From Camelus dromedarius (lineage: Eukaryota): a stretch of 64,000 nt of DNA. Positions 25,101 through 37,870 of this stretch are shown here, piece after piece. The position numbers and the translations under genes are program-made. The stretch covers positions 114,392,001-114,456,000 of the forward strand of contig NC_087436.1 in the NCBI RefSeq assembly GCF_036321535.1, written 5' to 3'. Within the stretch, counting starts at the first letter, position 1; each line of letters begins with the position of its first letter. Below the pieces are notes generated by a model. It was not told where the DNA came from and did not search any database. It saw nothing but the letters and a program-made list of their open reading frames with translations.

Positions 25101-26941
25101 TCCTCCAACTCCAGGGACACTCTTCACATTAAACACAAAAAGAGTGATCTCTCTGGCGTCGAGCAAGATGGCAGCGCTGAGCTTTTGCGCCTGAATCAAT
25201 TGTTTACCTGCCTGTCTCCCACCTTCCTCTCATGCCCCATAGCAAATTTCCGCTTATCTCTATGATCGTAGCTCTTTTTTAGAGACTCCATCTTCTGCCT
25301 CTTAAGTCCCCAGGTTCTCTTCTGGATTCAACCATTCTTTTGAACCCTTTTTACTCCATCAAGCTAACCCCTTTTGCAAACCCTGTGCCTGGGGATTTGA
25401 AAGCGTTCATGTTTTCAATAGTTCTTAAGCTCAACTTCACTTGGGTCAGTATCATTGATTTCCACTGAGCCACTGCTGATGAAAATAGGCAGCAGCTTTC
25501 CCTGCACAGTCCCAGTTCCCAAAGCTTCACCCTGGCTTCAGTCACCAGTAGGAAGAAATTCAGCCCCACATTAAGCACCCAGGGAGAGTTTGAAATCCTT
25601 TACCCCTTTAGTCTCTAAATTAGTTCCTTGCCAACAGGGGTCATGCCTTTAATGTCTTTAAAACATTTCTCCCAAGGTGGCTAAATCATAACGTGTGCAT
25701 CACAAATACTCATTTAATGCTTTTTAGGTGAATGCATTTATATTAAAAAACTAATGAATAATTTAAAGCCAAGAAACATTACTTATCTTTAGTTGAGAAA
25801 CATGCCTTCTTAAACAAAACTAAGCCAAAATTTTATTTTGAAACGTTAAGAATCCATGAACTATTTTGTTGATTTTATTGTTATGCATTTTTGGAAAACC
25901 TGAGAAGAGAGCTTACCTAAAACTGGAAAGATTTCATCACATAAATACCCATTTTGGTACCTATAATCAATAGGCAATCTGACAGGAAGCATCCTCTACA
26001 GAGGATCAAATTGTAATTTTCCTTAGGTTGAGTGTTGCAGATTGTCAGTTTATACCCAGAAGCACAAAGATAGTAAAGTCTCCTAAAATCATATACTAAA
26101 GCCAACGGACCATGAGAGATGGGAGGACGGGAAAAGTGGAGCAGAAGGAGGCTTTGGTTTTTTGCGTGACTGTAAAAGAAAGTCATTCTCTGCTCTCGAC
26201 CTTGGTCCTGCAGCAACCTTGAGTCTGAAGATTTCTGGGACAGCCCATAGTCCTTGGAGAATCAATCTACTCGACTAAATTTTTCTTCATTAAAAAAAAG
26301 AATCAACATTCTCTTTTGAAACCCCTAATGGCAGAATGAAATCATTCATCTCTTGCTTTGGGGTTCATACTCCGCTGGGTAATTACAGGTGGCTGAGATG
26401 TCTGCCTGTGGATTTTTGTTTGGTCAAGTTTCAGATCATATTCCATTTTTAATCTTTCATCATAAATCAGTTCTTCTGGCCTTTTAATCACTCTTGTTGC
26501 TGTGTTCTAAACTGGTACCAGGGCAATAAATCAATTAAGAAATGTTTGTAAAGTGCTTTAAAAGGTAAAAAATGTGGTGAGGCACAGCACGTTACAGAAA
26601 CAGGGCAGTTGAATCTGCTGTTGTAGGTGTGGCCTTTGTATGCCAGAGGGGAGGTTTGTTTCTAATAAATTTCACAGCAACCTCACTGAGGTGGATTGAT
26701 TCATTCCCTCTTTGCTACTTCTCTTATTTCCTAGAAGCAAAACCAAATCATATTTCTTTGGGATATTTGTTTGGGTTGAAGGACAAAGGCAGCCTTATTT
26801 CTGCATTTGGATATGAGAACTTTCCAGCCAAAGAAGAAAATGGAGAAATGATCAACAGGAGGAGACTGTGGAGATTCCACAGATGGAGATCTTCAGGAAA
26901 ATAAATAAACAAGCAAAAAGAGAGCACTCTTCAATTAAGAC

Positions 26942-27142
26942 CAGGGATAGCAAATAGACTTCCCGTCAAATGGACTTCTGATCAACTCTTATCAGTTGGT
27001 AGCAGCTGCCTGTAGAAATGGTTTTTAAAGAATGTGAGTGCCATGTCCAGGCTCAGTGGGAAAGCCTCATGATCAGTTATCAACGTCCGCCCTGCATCCA
27101 GAGGAGGCAGGTAGAGGTATGCATGCTATTCATCTGCCATTA
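26942..27142. mobile_element. hAT-type MITE with CAGGGATGGCAAATA-like termini
   Basis: cagggatagcaaatag...catctgccatt; same family as 46034-46214 (opposite orientation) and a partial copy near 23073. Confidence 0.65.
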
Positions 27143-28476
27143 GACGTTAGACAACCTGAAGGCAAGATTTATAGGTGATGGTCTGACACAAGACAGGTGT
27201 TCCCCTGCTCTAAAAGATGCCACATTTTTATTGAAACAGCTTCACAGTATGCTATGCATTGCACAGAGGATGTATTAGCCGACACAGACAGCATACCTAC
27301 TGGGCATAGAAATGGTTGCTAATCTTGGAGGTGGTGAGAACAAAATGTATTCCACTTGTATCATACCTTAAGTTTACAGACATTTACATCGATGCTTCCT
27401 TATTTTACGCCCATTTTAGTTTTCAACAAGGATGTATTGTGCTTCCTAGATGCCAGATAATACACTATGAGCTGGATGTAATTGGTAAATTGAAAATAAA
27501 ATATAGTCCCTGTCTCTTGGAGTTTAGATTCTCATGGAGTATGGGAGGGGTGAAAAGATAAGCATAGACTTCACTTTGAAGATGAGAAAACTAATGCTCA
27601 AATAACATATACATCTCATCCATGAAAAAAAAATGTCACGTGGAAGGACCAGGACACCAGCTAAGGGCTCCCAGAATAATTTTTCTCTCTGTTCAGCCTT
27701 AGAATCCTACTCTATTGTTTTACATAGCCCCTGATCCCAGACCTGGCAGCCTCCTGGTTCTGCTGCTCTGATAATTCTGAGGACCACTTATCTCCTAGAA
27801 AATGATGACCCTCTGGTGCTCCATCTGACTGTATGAGGGCTTCCCCAGTGATGCCCTGTCAACCCACAGGCCCCTGATGGCTCCTTCAGAGGATGGCGCC
27901 CTGGGTCTGGAATGGAGAAGAGGGCTTCACAAGCAACATGGATTCAAGCCAGACTTCAGACGCAGGTAAGATCCGTGGTGGAGAAGAGGGGGAAAGGCAT
28001 TGCAATGGGGGCCGGGTGGGTGGGAGGAAATGTAAGAAGAAATGGTATGTGAAGGTAGAAAAATCACAAAACAACTATGTGGCTTCAGGGAACAATGAGT
28101 AAATGGGTTTGGTTAACCCAAATGAAAAAACAAAGTGTTTTTTACCTGCTCTTGCCTGATATGTGATGTGTTCAGGGGAAGACGGAATACAACTCTTTAT
28201 CAAAGAATCCAACAATCCCATCCAGAATCTGTCTGCCACAAAAAAGAAACTGTGACTGTTTTTACTTTGGTGAATGTTAAAAATCTAGAGGTTTTAAAAC
28301 CTCACAGGTCCTCTATTTCCTCCCACCACCTTTTCTCTACAGCCATTGCTCCCCCTGCCCCTTTGCCTCTTGCTGAAGATACCACTCATTGGCTTCTCAG
28401 TATTGACTCCCTCTCCCTCAACCTTCCTACAGAACCCCAACTGCACTCATTCACGTCCACCCTCCCCTGAAGGCCA

Positions 28477-28780
28477 TGTGCAACAGAGGAGGCAGGATGT
28501 ACCCCCAACCTCAGCAGGTGACTACTGCTTAATCGAAGCCAGTCCTGGTGGCCCCATTCCCCTTACCAGCGTGGAGTTAGGCATGAGCACGTGATGCAAC
28601 TGGGTGGATAAGACATGAGTGTGAGTCTGCTAGGAAGCTTCTGGTAGAGGGTTTTTACTCATAAGGAGAAGCAGGAAGAAATGGCCTTTACTTGCTGTAG
28701 TCATTTTTTGTCTATTTGTGATGCCTGGAACTGTGGCAGCCATATTGCAAACATGAGGGGACCAGACTAAGGACAGACCA
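28477..28780 (+). mobile_element. Old MaLR LTR fragment (MLT1I/J-like)
   Basis: gtgatgcctggaactgtggcagccatattgcaaacatgaggg. Confidence 0.68.
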
Positions 28781-29209
28781 TCTTTGCCAACTTAACCACG
28801 TTCCACTCACCCACTCTCATCTTCCTTGTGACGTATACCAAGAAGATAGTTCACTGTGTTGATTCACTGTACATGACAGAGGATTTCTTTGGGGGTTTTG
28901 ACAGATAAGAGATTCTTAAAATGGAATTTGCGCCATGGAGGAATGAGAAGAAGAACATTATAAGAAGGATCACTTTACTTATTAAATGGGTATCATAAAA
29001 TGTCCTTTGAGCGGAAGGGGGAAATAATGGAATTTTTTTTAGTTTTGTTGTTGAACTACGCTTCTTGAATAAGCCACCACTCGGAAACTAGATCACAAAG
29101 GTCATAATTTCATCAGTATGAAAACGGGCCTGAAGGAAACGAGTCATGACACAGGAGACAGCTGTTATTTGCACATTTGTTGATTTTGTGCAAACTCTTC
29201 ACTGTAGAA

Positions 29210-29430
29210 CAGGGATCTGCAAACTACAGCCCTAGGGCCAAATCAAGCGTGCTGCCTATTTTCGTAAATAAACTTTTGTTGGAACATAGCCAAATCCACT
29301 TGTTTACATGTCGTCAGTGGCTGCTTTTGTGCTAAAATGTCAGAGTTGAGTAATTGCAACAGAGACTGCATGGTTCACAAAGCTGAAAACACTTTCTCTC
29401 TGGCCCTTGACAGAAAGCTTGATATCCCCA
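29210..29430. mobile_element. MER58A-like hAT-Charlie MITE
   Basis: cagggatctgcaaactacagccc...gtaaataaacttttgttggaacatagcc...cagagttgagtaattgcaacagagac. Confidence 0.88.
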
Positions 29431-29453
29431 ATTTAGAAGGAAGAGAACTGAAA

Positions 29454-30030
29454 TGACAGACTGAGTACACAAGTCAACACTGGCCAGACCCCATACAAAA
29501 ATGACCCACACGAGCCCATATGAATCCTGACCCACAATCTACAGCAACCAGCCCAAGAAACCAATCCATTGCCTACAGTACCTCGCTCAGGAAGTCAACC
29601 TGCTACCTATTAAGTCAGACTTGCAGGAAGTCAGATCACTATCGCCAGCAACTGGTCCAAGAAACTAGACAATAACTCCTGTAACAATCAGCCCCAAACA
29701 GCTAGGACTTGACTGATAACTGACAGCCTTCCTAACTTGTGTCTCTGTTTCCAACTTGGGACCAACCAGAGAAAGTTAAATATGCACCCCCCACCACTCA
29801 CATGGGATGTCGTGCGTGCTTCTAGCGACCCCGCCCATAGCTTCCTCATGCCAGTAGCCCCCAATCAGGGCACAGAAAAGCCTTCCCTTTTTCCTCAGCA
29901 AAGTTTCTTTACTCCTCTGCCTGCTTTTTAGTCTCTGCCTAAATGCAAATGGTAGTCCTTTGCTATAGCAAGTTCAGAAAAAAATAGCCTTTGCTTTTCT
30001 CATTTGGTTGATCTCCATTTATTCCCTCCA
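29454..30030 (+). mobile_element. ERV solo LTR (eutherian MER77/MER89/MER90-like; subfamily uncertain)
   Basis: TG...CA ends, repeated caggaagtca U3 motifs, terminal ttgctatagcaag...atagcctttgcttttctcatttggttgatc. Confidence 0.72.
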
Positions 30031-31529
30031 TTTTGAAATTGGAGTCAAAAGGTGCCACATGTGACACTGAATAATTCAACTTACCTGTTCAAAATAAATC
30101 CACAAATAGAGAGACAAGGCCCCTGCCCATAGAAGATCACAGGCCATCTACACTTCAAGGGTGCGATGATTGCCACACTAGAAACATCTGGAAAGGACAG
30201 TGGTAGCTCTGAGAAAGGAGTGAGAGACTGTATCTGGGCCATATATCACCCAGCACTGATTAATTGATAATCATTCTTATCTTTGACCACTATTAAAATA
30301 GTTATTAGGAAAATATCTTTTCCCCTAAGTTCACAAATGTCTTCCTTTCCAAGCAAAATCATAAGCCATTCATTTCAAAATATAAAATAGTCATTTGTTT
30401 GAAAATCCAGTTTCACAAATAGCCTATCTGTTCAAGTAATATTTTAATGGATCTTGATTCAAATTTTGATTCAAACCCTTTTCTCCTAAGGTTTCCATTA
30501 GTGAAATCATTTGTGTTTGTCCAAACCACTGTCTAGTTTGTTTCATGGATGCTTAGAAATTTCCACAAATGATACACTTCTGAATGTTTCAGATGTCTTT
30601 AATATTTTGTAGAACACTTACTTGATTTTTGATGTGCAAAACAAAACACTAATTGTACAGAATTTTCACTAAGATCTCATTAAATGCCTTAAGTAATACT
30701 GTCATAGTTTTATTGGCCATGAGCATTCTACAAACGTCTTTGTCTAAATCTGAAAGTGTTCATTGTTTAAAGAGCCTTTTAAAGCTATGATGTCTATTAG
30801 TTAAAAAAAGCAGTATACGAGTATTTGCTTGACTTTCTCAGCTTTAATCCAAATGTTATGGGACATATAAGCAATACTCATATTGTAAAATTCATAATAT
30901 TTCAAATTCTCCTTCTAGATGCAAATTGGAAGGTACACTGGACAGTGTCAGGAGTCCTGGTGTCCAGCCTGGAATCTACCCCTGGCTGTCCACGTAAGCT
31001 CCATAAAATGTCCGATCTTTGGACCCCTGTTTCCTTTCTTGTAGACTAGTGCTAAGCTTCATTTGAAGACTAAAAAGCTATTGTTGGTGAGCTCCAGGAA
31101 TTTTAAGAAGTACTAGTAGAAAGTGACATTTTCCAGATGCTCAACTGGATGGCTTCCAGCCTGGAGGATGCCTAAGCTTGTGAAATTTCAACAAGTTTCA
31201 CTCAAGGAGCACTGAATTCAAAGTGGAATCTAGAAGACTTCTCTCCAGGTGGTGCTCCCAAGCAGGGCAATACTTTGTTAGCATCATCAGCAAAGACTAG
31301 GATAACTGAAAAGGCCAGTGAGGGGAAGGCCTTGACTCCACCATTCACAGACCAAGGGCTGAGCTAGTTTCTGGGGACTTGGGGGTAAGTAAGACACAGC
31401 CCCTCCAGATGCCCACAGCAAGTGAGGAGGGAAATGGCTTGTAAATGAATAGAGACCATTCACGTGGCCTCGATCTCACAATATGGCCCGTTTGGAAAAT
31501 AAATGGGTGAGTTCTTGTCATTATCAGAA

Positions 31530-31950
31530 GTGGTATGGTAGTTACTAGCAATAAATCTAGAACCAGGCTTTCCAGGTTCAATTCCCCACTTTGCCACTTC
31601 CTAATTATTCGATCTTGAGCACTACCAAATGCCTATTTTTTTTAAATCTGTAACACAGAGATAATAGTAACGTCCACCTCATTCTGAGGATCGATTACTC
31701 AATATATGTAAAACATTCAGATGGTGCTTAGCAAACTGTGAGTATTCTTTAAATACTGGTAATGATTAGTTCCCGTTCTACTGAGCAGTGTCTTAGGAGT
31801 GCACATGCATGATGTTGTTTAATCCTCACTAGGGTAGGTTCTGTTATTCCCATTTCATAGATAAAGAAACTGAGCCTTAAAAAGCTTAGGTGAGACCATG
31901 ATTCAAACTAATCAGGCTGGCTCTAATGTTAGCACTAAACTGTACACTGC
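31530..31950. mobile_element. Two MIRs tail-to-tail
   Basis: Plus copy ggttcaattccccactttgccacttcc; minus copy cccatttcatagataaagaaactgagcc. Confidence 0.72.
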
Positions 31951-33389
31951 ACAATATCTGGGGGTGATAAAGATGGTGTAGACCCCTGTTTTAGTGATAA
32001 CACCTTGCTGTTTCACATTAAAATCCACAATAATATACATCTTAACATGCAGCTATGAGAGAACCATAGTTCCAAAATACAAGGGACACAAGTATTTTCA
32101 TATTTTCATTTCCCACAAGAAGGCCAACAAACCACTGTAAGGTTCATCTAATAATGTACAACAGTCTAAATTCATAATGACGAAACAAAACAAGCTGCCA
32201 TTTCTATTTAACAAGTATGATTAGCAGCTTGTGAAAAACTCAACCAACAGACTTCCCTGATGCTACGCAATGACTAATCGTCCTTCCAGAATACAGTGGG
32301 AGTGCCGGCCGCCTGGGTGCAGCTGGGTGTGGGGGGTTTGGGATGAGGCTGCCTGACTCTCTGCTCAACACCGATTCCAACCTTCCACAGACTCCGGTTC
32401 TGGCTAGCTTCATCTTCTAAAGGCTAAAATGTAATATCCCTTAATGACTCACTTAAAAGATAGAAGTACTTGGCATTAATTGTAAAAAGAAAAGGAGGGA
32501 CAAGCGAGAAGAAAAGACCTTTGGAATTTTGCGTTGTCCATCAACAAGAACTGAGGAGAGGGTATTCTCCAAATTTCTTTAAAAAAATCCTTCTTCCTGA
32601 AATCTAGGGCACAGTTCTGGTCAAGTTCATTTGTTCCTTCTCACTGGAGCTCGTAAACTGTATGAGGCCGCAGTCACCCCAAAAGTAGACGTTCCATCTG
32701 GCTTTATGTTGAGATTCTGCCACTTCTGCTTTACTAACCAAGTGGCAATTCATTATGAAGTCAGAGTGGGAATTGTGTAGTCCCCGCCCCTGTGAGATGA
32801 AATTATCAGTAAAGCAAGACAAAAACAGGTCAAGCTTGCCCACGTTCAGCAGGTGTCTGGACAGGTGACGTGAATCCCCAATGTCACAACACCCCACCTC
32901 TGAGCAACTGTGTGACCTGAGCCAGAGAGACAGAGGCCACTTTATTTAAAGAGTCACATGGCTCTTATTACACCTCTAAGGACAGAACTTCCACGCGTCT
33001 TTATTTATGTCCTTATCCTATGCCCTGCTGGTCTGTTTCCCCTCTCAGGCCATCTGACTTCCATAAGTCTGTCTGTCTTTTTTTTAATACAAATTATGTC
33101 CCGACGTAATAGGTTACACCCTGCATTTCAGCATGTACCAATACCGAATCCCATCCCAAGTCTTGGTGACTCGGAAATATCACATCCACCACCTTTTACC
33201 ATTAGTTTCTTTTATTTCTCATAATCCACCCATTTGTATGGAGATTCTGAGAGCATAATTCTCGTCCTCCTTTAAAATTGCTCTTTCCTCCAAGTCCCCA
33301 GACACATTCTGCACCTCCATCCTTCTCTCTGAGTCATACTTATTATCATTCGAAGCAATTACTTTCATGAATGTTTCTCCCTCCCCATC

Positions 33390-33790
33390 TATATTAGTTT
33401 CCTAGGGCTGCCTTAAGTTCCACAAACCTAGTGGCTTTAAATGACAGACGCATATTGTCTCACAGTCCTAAAGGCCAAAATTACAAAATCCAAAGTGTTG
33501 ATGCCTTCTGCAGGCTCTGAAGGACAGTCTGTCCCACGTCCCCCTTGCAGCCTCTGGCAGCTGCTGGCTGGCCATCCTTGGTGTTCCTTGGCTTGCAGAA
33601 GCACTGCTTCAATCTCTGCCTCCATCGTCACGCATCAGTCATTGGATGCAGGGCTACCCTAACTCAGTGTGGCCTCATCTTAACTAATTACATCTGCTGC
33701 AATCCTGTTCCCAAATAAAGACACGCTCACAGGTACCAGGGATAAGACTTCAACATACCTTTTTGAAGAGACACAATTCAACCCACAACA
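33390..33790 (-). mobile_element. MLT1C-like solo LTR
   Basis: tatattagtttcctagggctgcc...gagacacaattcaacccacaaca (both ends present). Confidence 0.9.
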
Positions 33791-34189
33791 CTGTTCCAAT
33801 AGTGACTTTGCATCCCTGCATTTCAGTCAACTGGACTTCAGAATAAATAACCTGTTCTTCATGCTCAGGGACAGAGCCAGCCCCAGAAGCCACCATCATC
33901 ACCTCCTCCTTAGCTCAGGATGCCTACCCCATTATGCAACCCAATCTATGCAGCCGGCCTTGCCCCTCCCAAATCTGCTGCTCTGGTCCAAGATCAAGAT
34001 GTGTGTCTGGAAACAATGTAAACCTGATTGTGCCCTCAAGTTCTCCACCTTTCTGGAGTCCTTCCCCCGAAGGTGCTGTTCTTCCACACTTGATTAGGGG
34101 GAGCTGATAATAAGGTGCAGCTGGCCCTTGGTCACACTCCAAATGTACCCGTCATGACGGCAGCCGTGTTTCATGCGGCCAGTTGTGTA

Positions 34190-34360
34190 TTCGCCAGAGC
34201 TGGCTATAGAAGAATCCTGGCTCTGCCATTTACCAGCTGTGTGACCATAAACCAGATACTTTAACCTCTGTTGGCCTCAGAAAAATGAAGTCACTTATAG
34301 GACTAGTCATGAGCATTACTATGAACATTAAAATAATTATGTAAAATGTTTATCTTGATG
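34190..34360 (+). mobile_element. MIR SINE
   Basis: aatcctggctctgccatttaccagctgtgtgacc. Confidence 0.78.
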
Positions 34361-34362
34361 TC

Positions 34363-34728
34363 TGTGATAAACTGAATCATGTCTCTTGAAAATTCATATG
34401 TTGAAGCACTGACCTACTCTCCAGTGCAGAGTGTGACAGTATTTGGAGAGACAGCCTTTAAAGAGGTGATTAAGTTAAAACAAGGCTATTGGGTGGTCCT
34501 TAAGCCAATCTGACTGGAGAGTCTGACTTACAAGAAGAGGAAATTTGGAGGTAAAGAGACACGAAGGATGCATGCACACAGAGAAAGGACCATGTGAGGA
34601 CACAGCGAGAAGGCAGGATCTGCAAACCAGGACCAAACCAGACCACACCTGGATTTTGAACATCCAGCTTCCAGAACCATAAGAAAATCAATCTCTATTG
34701 TTTAAGCCACTCACTCTAAGGCATTTTG
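34363..34728 (+). mobile_element. MLT1A/B-like LTR, 3' end cut by the adjacent L1
   Basis: aaattcatatgttgaagc...cctttaaagaggtgattaagttaaa...ccatgtgaggacacagcgagaaggc. Confidence 0.85.
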
Positions 34729-35785
34729 GTTTTTTCTTCTCCTTCCAGCTTTATTGAAGTAAAATTGATAAAAATTGGGTCTATTTAAAGTGCATAATGT
34801 GATGTTTTGATATAAGCACGTATTGTGAAATGATTATCACTATCAAGCAAATCAACCTCACAGCTACCATTTTTTGTGTGTGTACTAAGAATACTTAAGA
34901 TCTATTCCCTTAGCAAAATTCATGTATGCAAAACCATATCATTAACTATAGTCACCGTACTGTCTGTCAGGTCTCCTGAATTGATTCATCTTGTACAACT
35001 GAAACTTCAGACTCTGACAACATCTCCCTATTTCCCCCACACCTCTGCCCCTGGCAACAAACCATCCTACTTCCCGCTTCTATGAATTTGACAATTACGG
35101 ATTCCACATATCAGTGAGATCACGTAGTACTTGCCTTTCTGAGACTGGCTTATTTCACCTAGCATAATGGTGCATCCACATTGTCACTAATGGTGAGATT
35201 TCTTTCTTTTTTAAGGCTGAATAATATGTGTACCACATTTTCTTTAACCATTCAACCATCAACAGACACTTAGATTGTTTCCATATCTTGGCGACTGTAA
35301 ATAATGCTGCAAGGAACATGGAGGTGCCGATATTTCTTCAAGATCCTGATTTCATTTCCTTTGAGTATATATACCTGGAAGTGAGATTGCTGGATTAGAT
35401 ATGGGAGCTCTATTTTTAATTTTTTTGAGAAATCTCCATATTGTTTTCTATAGCTGCTGCTCCAATTTACACTCCTACTGGCAAGCGCCCAAGGGTTCCC
35501 TTTTCTCCACACCCTCACCAGTACTTCTTATCTCTTGTCTTTTTGATAATGGCCATTGTAACAGGTGTGAGGTGACAGCCCATTGTGGTTTTGATTTGCG
35601 TTTCCCTGATGACTAGTGATGTTGAGCACATTTTCATAGACTTGTTGGCCATTTGTACGTCTTCTTTGGAGAAATGTCTATTCAGATCCTTCATCCATTT
35701 TTTAATCAGGTTATTTGCTTTTTTGCTATTGAGTTGTTTGTGTTCTTTCTATATTTTGACTATTAACCCCTTATCAGATATACAC
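34729..35785 (-). mobile_element. L1 (L1MA/MB-like) ORF2 end plus 3'UTR
   Basis: cattgtggttttgatttgcgtttccctgatgactagtgatgttgagcac...tcttctttggagaaatgtctattcagatcc; decayed poly(T) at the left end. Confidence 0.93.
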
Positions 35786-36524
35786 TTTGCTGCATTTGTC
35801 TTCCCCCTGCAGCTATCAAAATCCAAATGTTTTTCAGAGCTTGGCTAAAATTCTGTCTCCTTGATGAAAGCTTCCACTGAGAATTATCTGTCCTTTCTCT
35901 GCCCCACTCCAGCAACGTGGAAACAGAACCCAAATTCCCCTCATTTTGCCTTTTCTGGGTTGCTGAGCACAGGGCCCCACAGGTTCTTTTTGGAATGAAG
36001 CAAAGTGAACACGGAGCTGCAGCCTGGAGCAGAGACTAGGGAGCTCCAAGGCATTGTCTACTTAGGAAATAGCTTTATGTTTGAAAGTCTGGCAAAATAC
36101 AAAACAAGAAACCCTTACAACTGGAATTCAAATCCAATTGCATTCACAGGGCTGGGATTTTACCAGGCCCTCCAAGAAACATGCAGCCCTCAATAAGGAG
36201 AAAAACTGCCCCTCAAGTACCTCAGGTTCTCAGCCTCTTGTGAGTGAAAAGAGGGGTGAGTAGGTTCTAGAGGGGAACCACAGAGAGGGCCTCAGCATCG
36301 CTCATCTCTGCAAGGCTGAAATGGCTTTGAATGGTAATTCAAATGAAAAATGGAATAAACCATATGTTGCCAGAGACAAGCAGCAGAAGTCTAAAATTCA
36401 GTGTGCAGTGCCCACAGTACTCACTGAGGAACTGAGGACCCAGCCTTGAGGCAGGTAGGCAGCCTACATCACGGATGAAAGATAGGCCCCGTAACCACAT
36501 GGCCCCATTGTTTACTGACAGGTG

Positions 36525-37870
36525 ACTTGGGACAAGTCACTTAATACTTCTGGGCCTCTGTTTCCCCTCACTCAAAAATACAATCATACAAGTTAACATT
36601 GAGTTCTTAACCATGTGCCAAACACTGTGCCAAATGTTCTCCAAGTGGTACACAACAGAATTAAATAGATTAATGTACGTAACATTCTTGGTTTAGAATC
36701 CAGCACAAGGTAAGCATTCATAAGAACAAACAGTCGTTGTTGCTAAGCAAGACATTCTCTCCGTAGCCTGTGGTCAGATGGATTAACATATTCCTCTTTT
36801 ATCAGAAAGATCAAGCGCTAGCTCCGTCCCCCACCAGCTGTACGCCCTTGGCCAAGCTTCTAAAGCATCTCAGCCTTCATTGTCTCTGATCTTCCAAAAA
36901 TGCATGACTACCTCTGCTCCACAAGGTCGTTGGGAGACCCAGGTGGAATCTGGGAAATGAAAGGCCATACAGAACTTGTTGTACTATGGGTGTGGGTGAT
37001 TTTACTCTGATTACTGCCCTGACCATTGGGTTATTTTCTACCCCTGGTCCCACAGTAAATGGCCATGACTTAACGTTTATGGGAAGAGGAGGAAAACACC
37101 CAGGCTCCGCATGGGTAAGTGCACAGTGGCAAACTGTTACTCCAGACGTCTAAGTCTTGTATCCTTCAGATTCCGAGGACACCAATAAGCCACACTCTTG
37201 AAAGGTCAACAGAGGAGTGGATCAAATGCATTTAGTCCATCTACCTGTCCCCTCCAGTAGCTGTCACACCACTCTGGCTGCAAGGACAGCCCGTCTACTT
37301 AGAAGGTAGTTGCAAGGACAGTGAGTGGCAAGGTAGCCCTCACTAGATAATGATGGGGTGGGGTGGGGTGGGTAGAAAGGGAATTACGGATTTTAGAGAT
37401 ACACAAGAAAGTACGTCTTCTGGGCTCTGCTCAAATGTCACCTCCAGTGAAGTCTTTCTTGACCATGCTGCCTGAAATATTACACCTCTCCCCAGTGCCA
37501 TCTAGCTCTTTGCCCTACCTTCCCTTCATGAACTGAAGGATGATACTTAGACCTCTTTTAGGACAGTGGTGAAGATTAAATGCATCATACTGTTCATTGT
37601 CTACAACAGGATTAGCACACAGGAAGTATATAATGTATATCAGCATTTATCACTATTACTACGATTACTTTTTATCTAATCGCTATTTCGTGCTAGGTGT
37701 TTGATAGTCTAGAAAGCGTTATTTTGGTATCCACTTATTTACAAGGTTGTTATCTGACCTCCCCACTAGATCATAATCTATAAGGAGGGGCCCCACATTA
37801 TCTCCCCACTAAGTGCTTAATAAGTATCAGCTGATTGAATGAATAAATGATTTAATGAGCGACTGAGTGA
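36525..37870 (+). mobile_element. MIR and L2 fragments
   Basis: gtgacttgggacaagtcacttaatacttctgggcctctgtttcc; ctcaaatgtcacctccagtgaagtctttcttgacc; L2 tail gaatgaataaatg. Confidence 0.6.
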
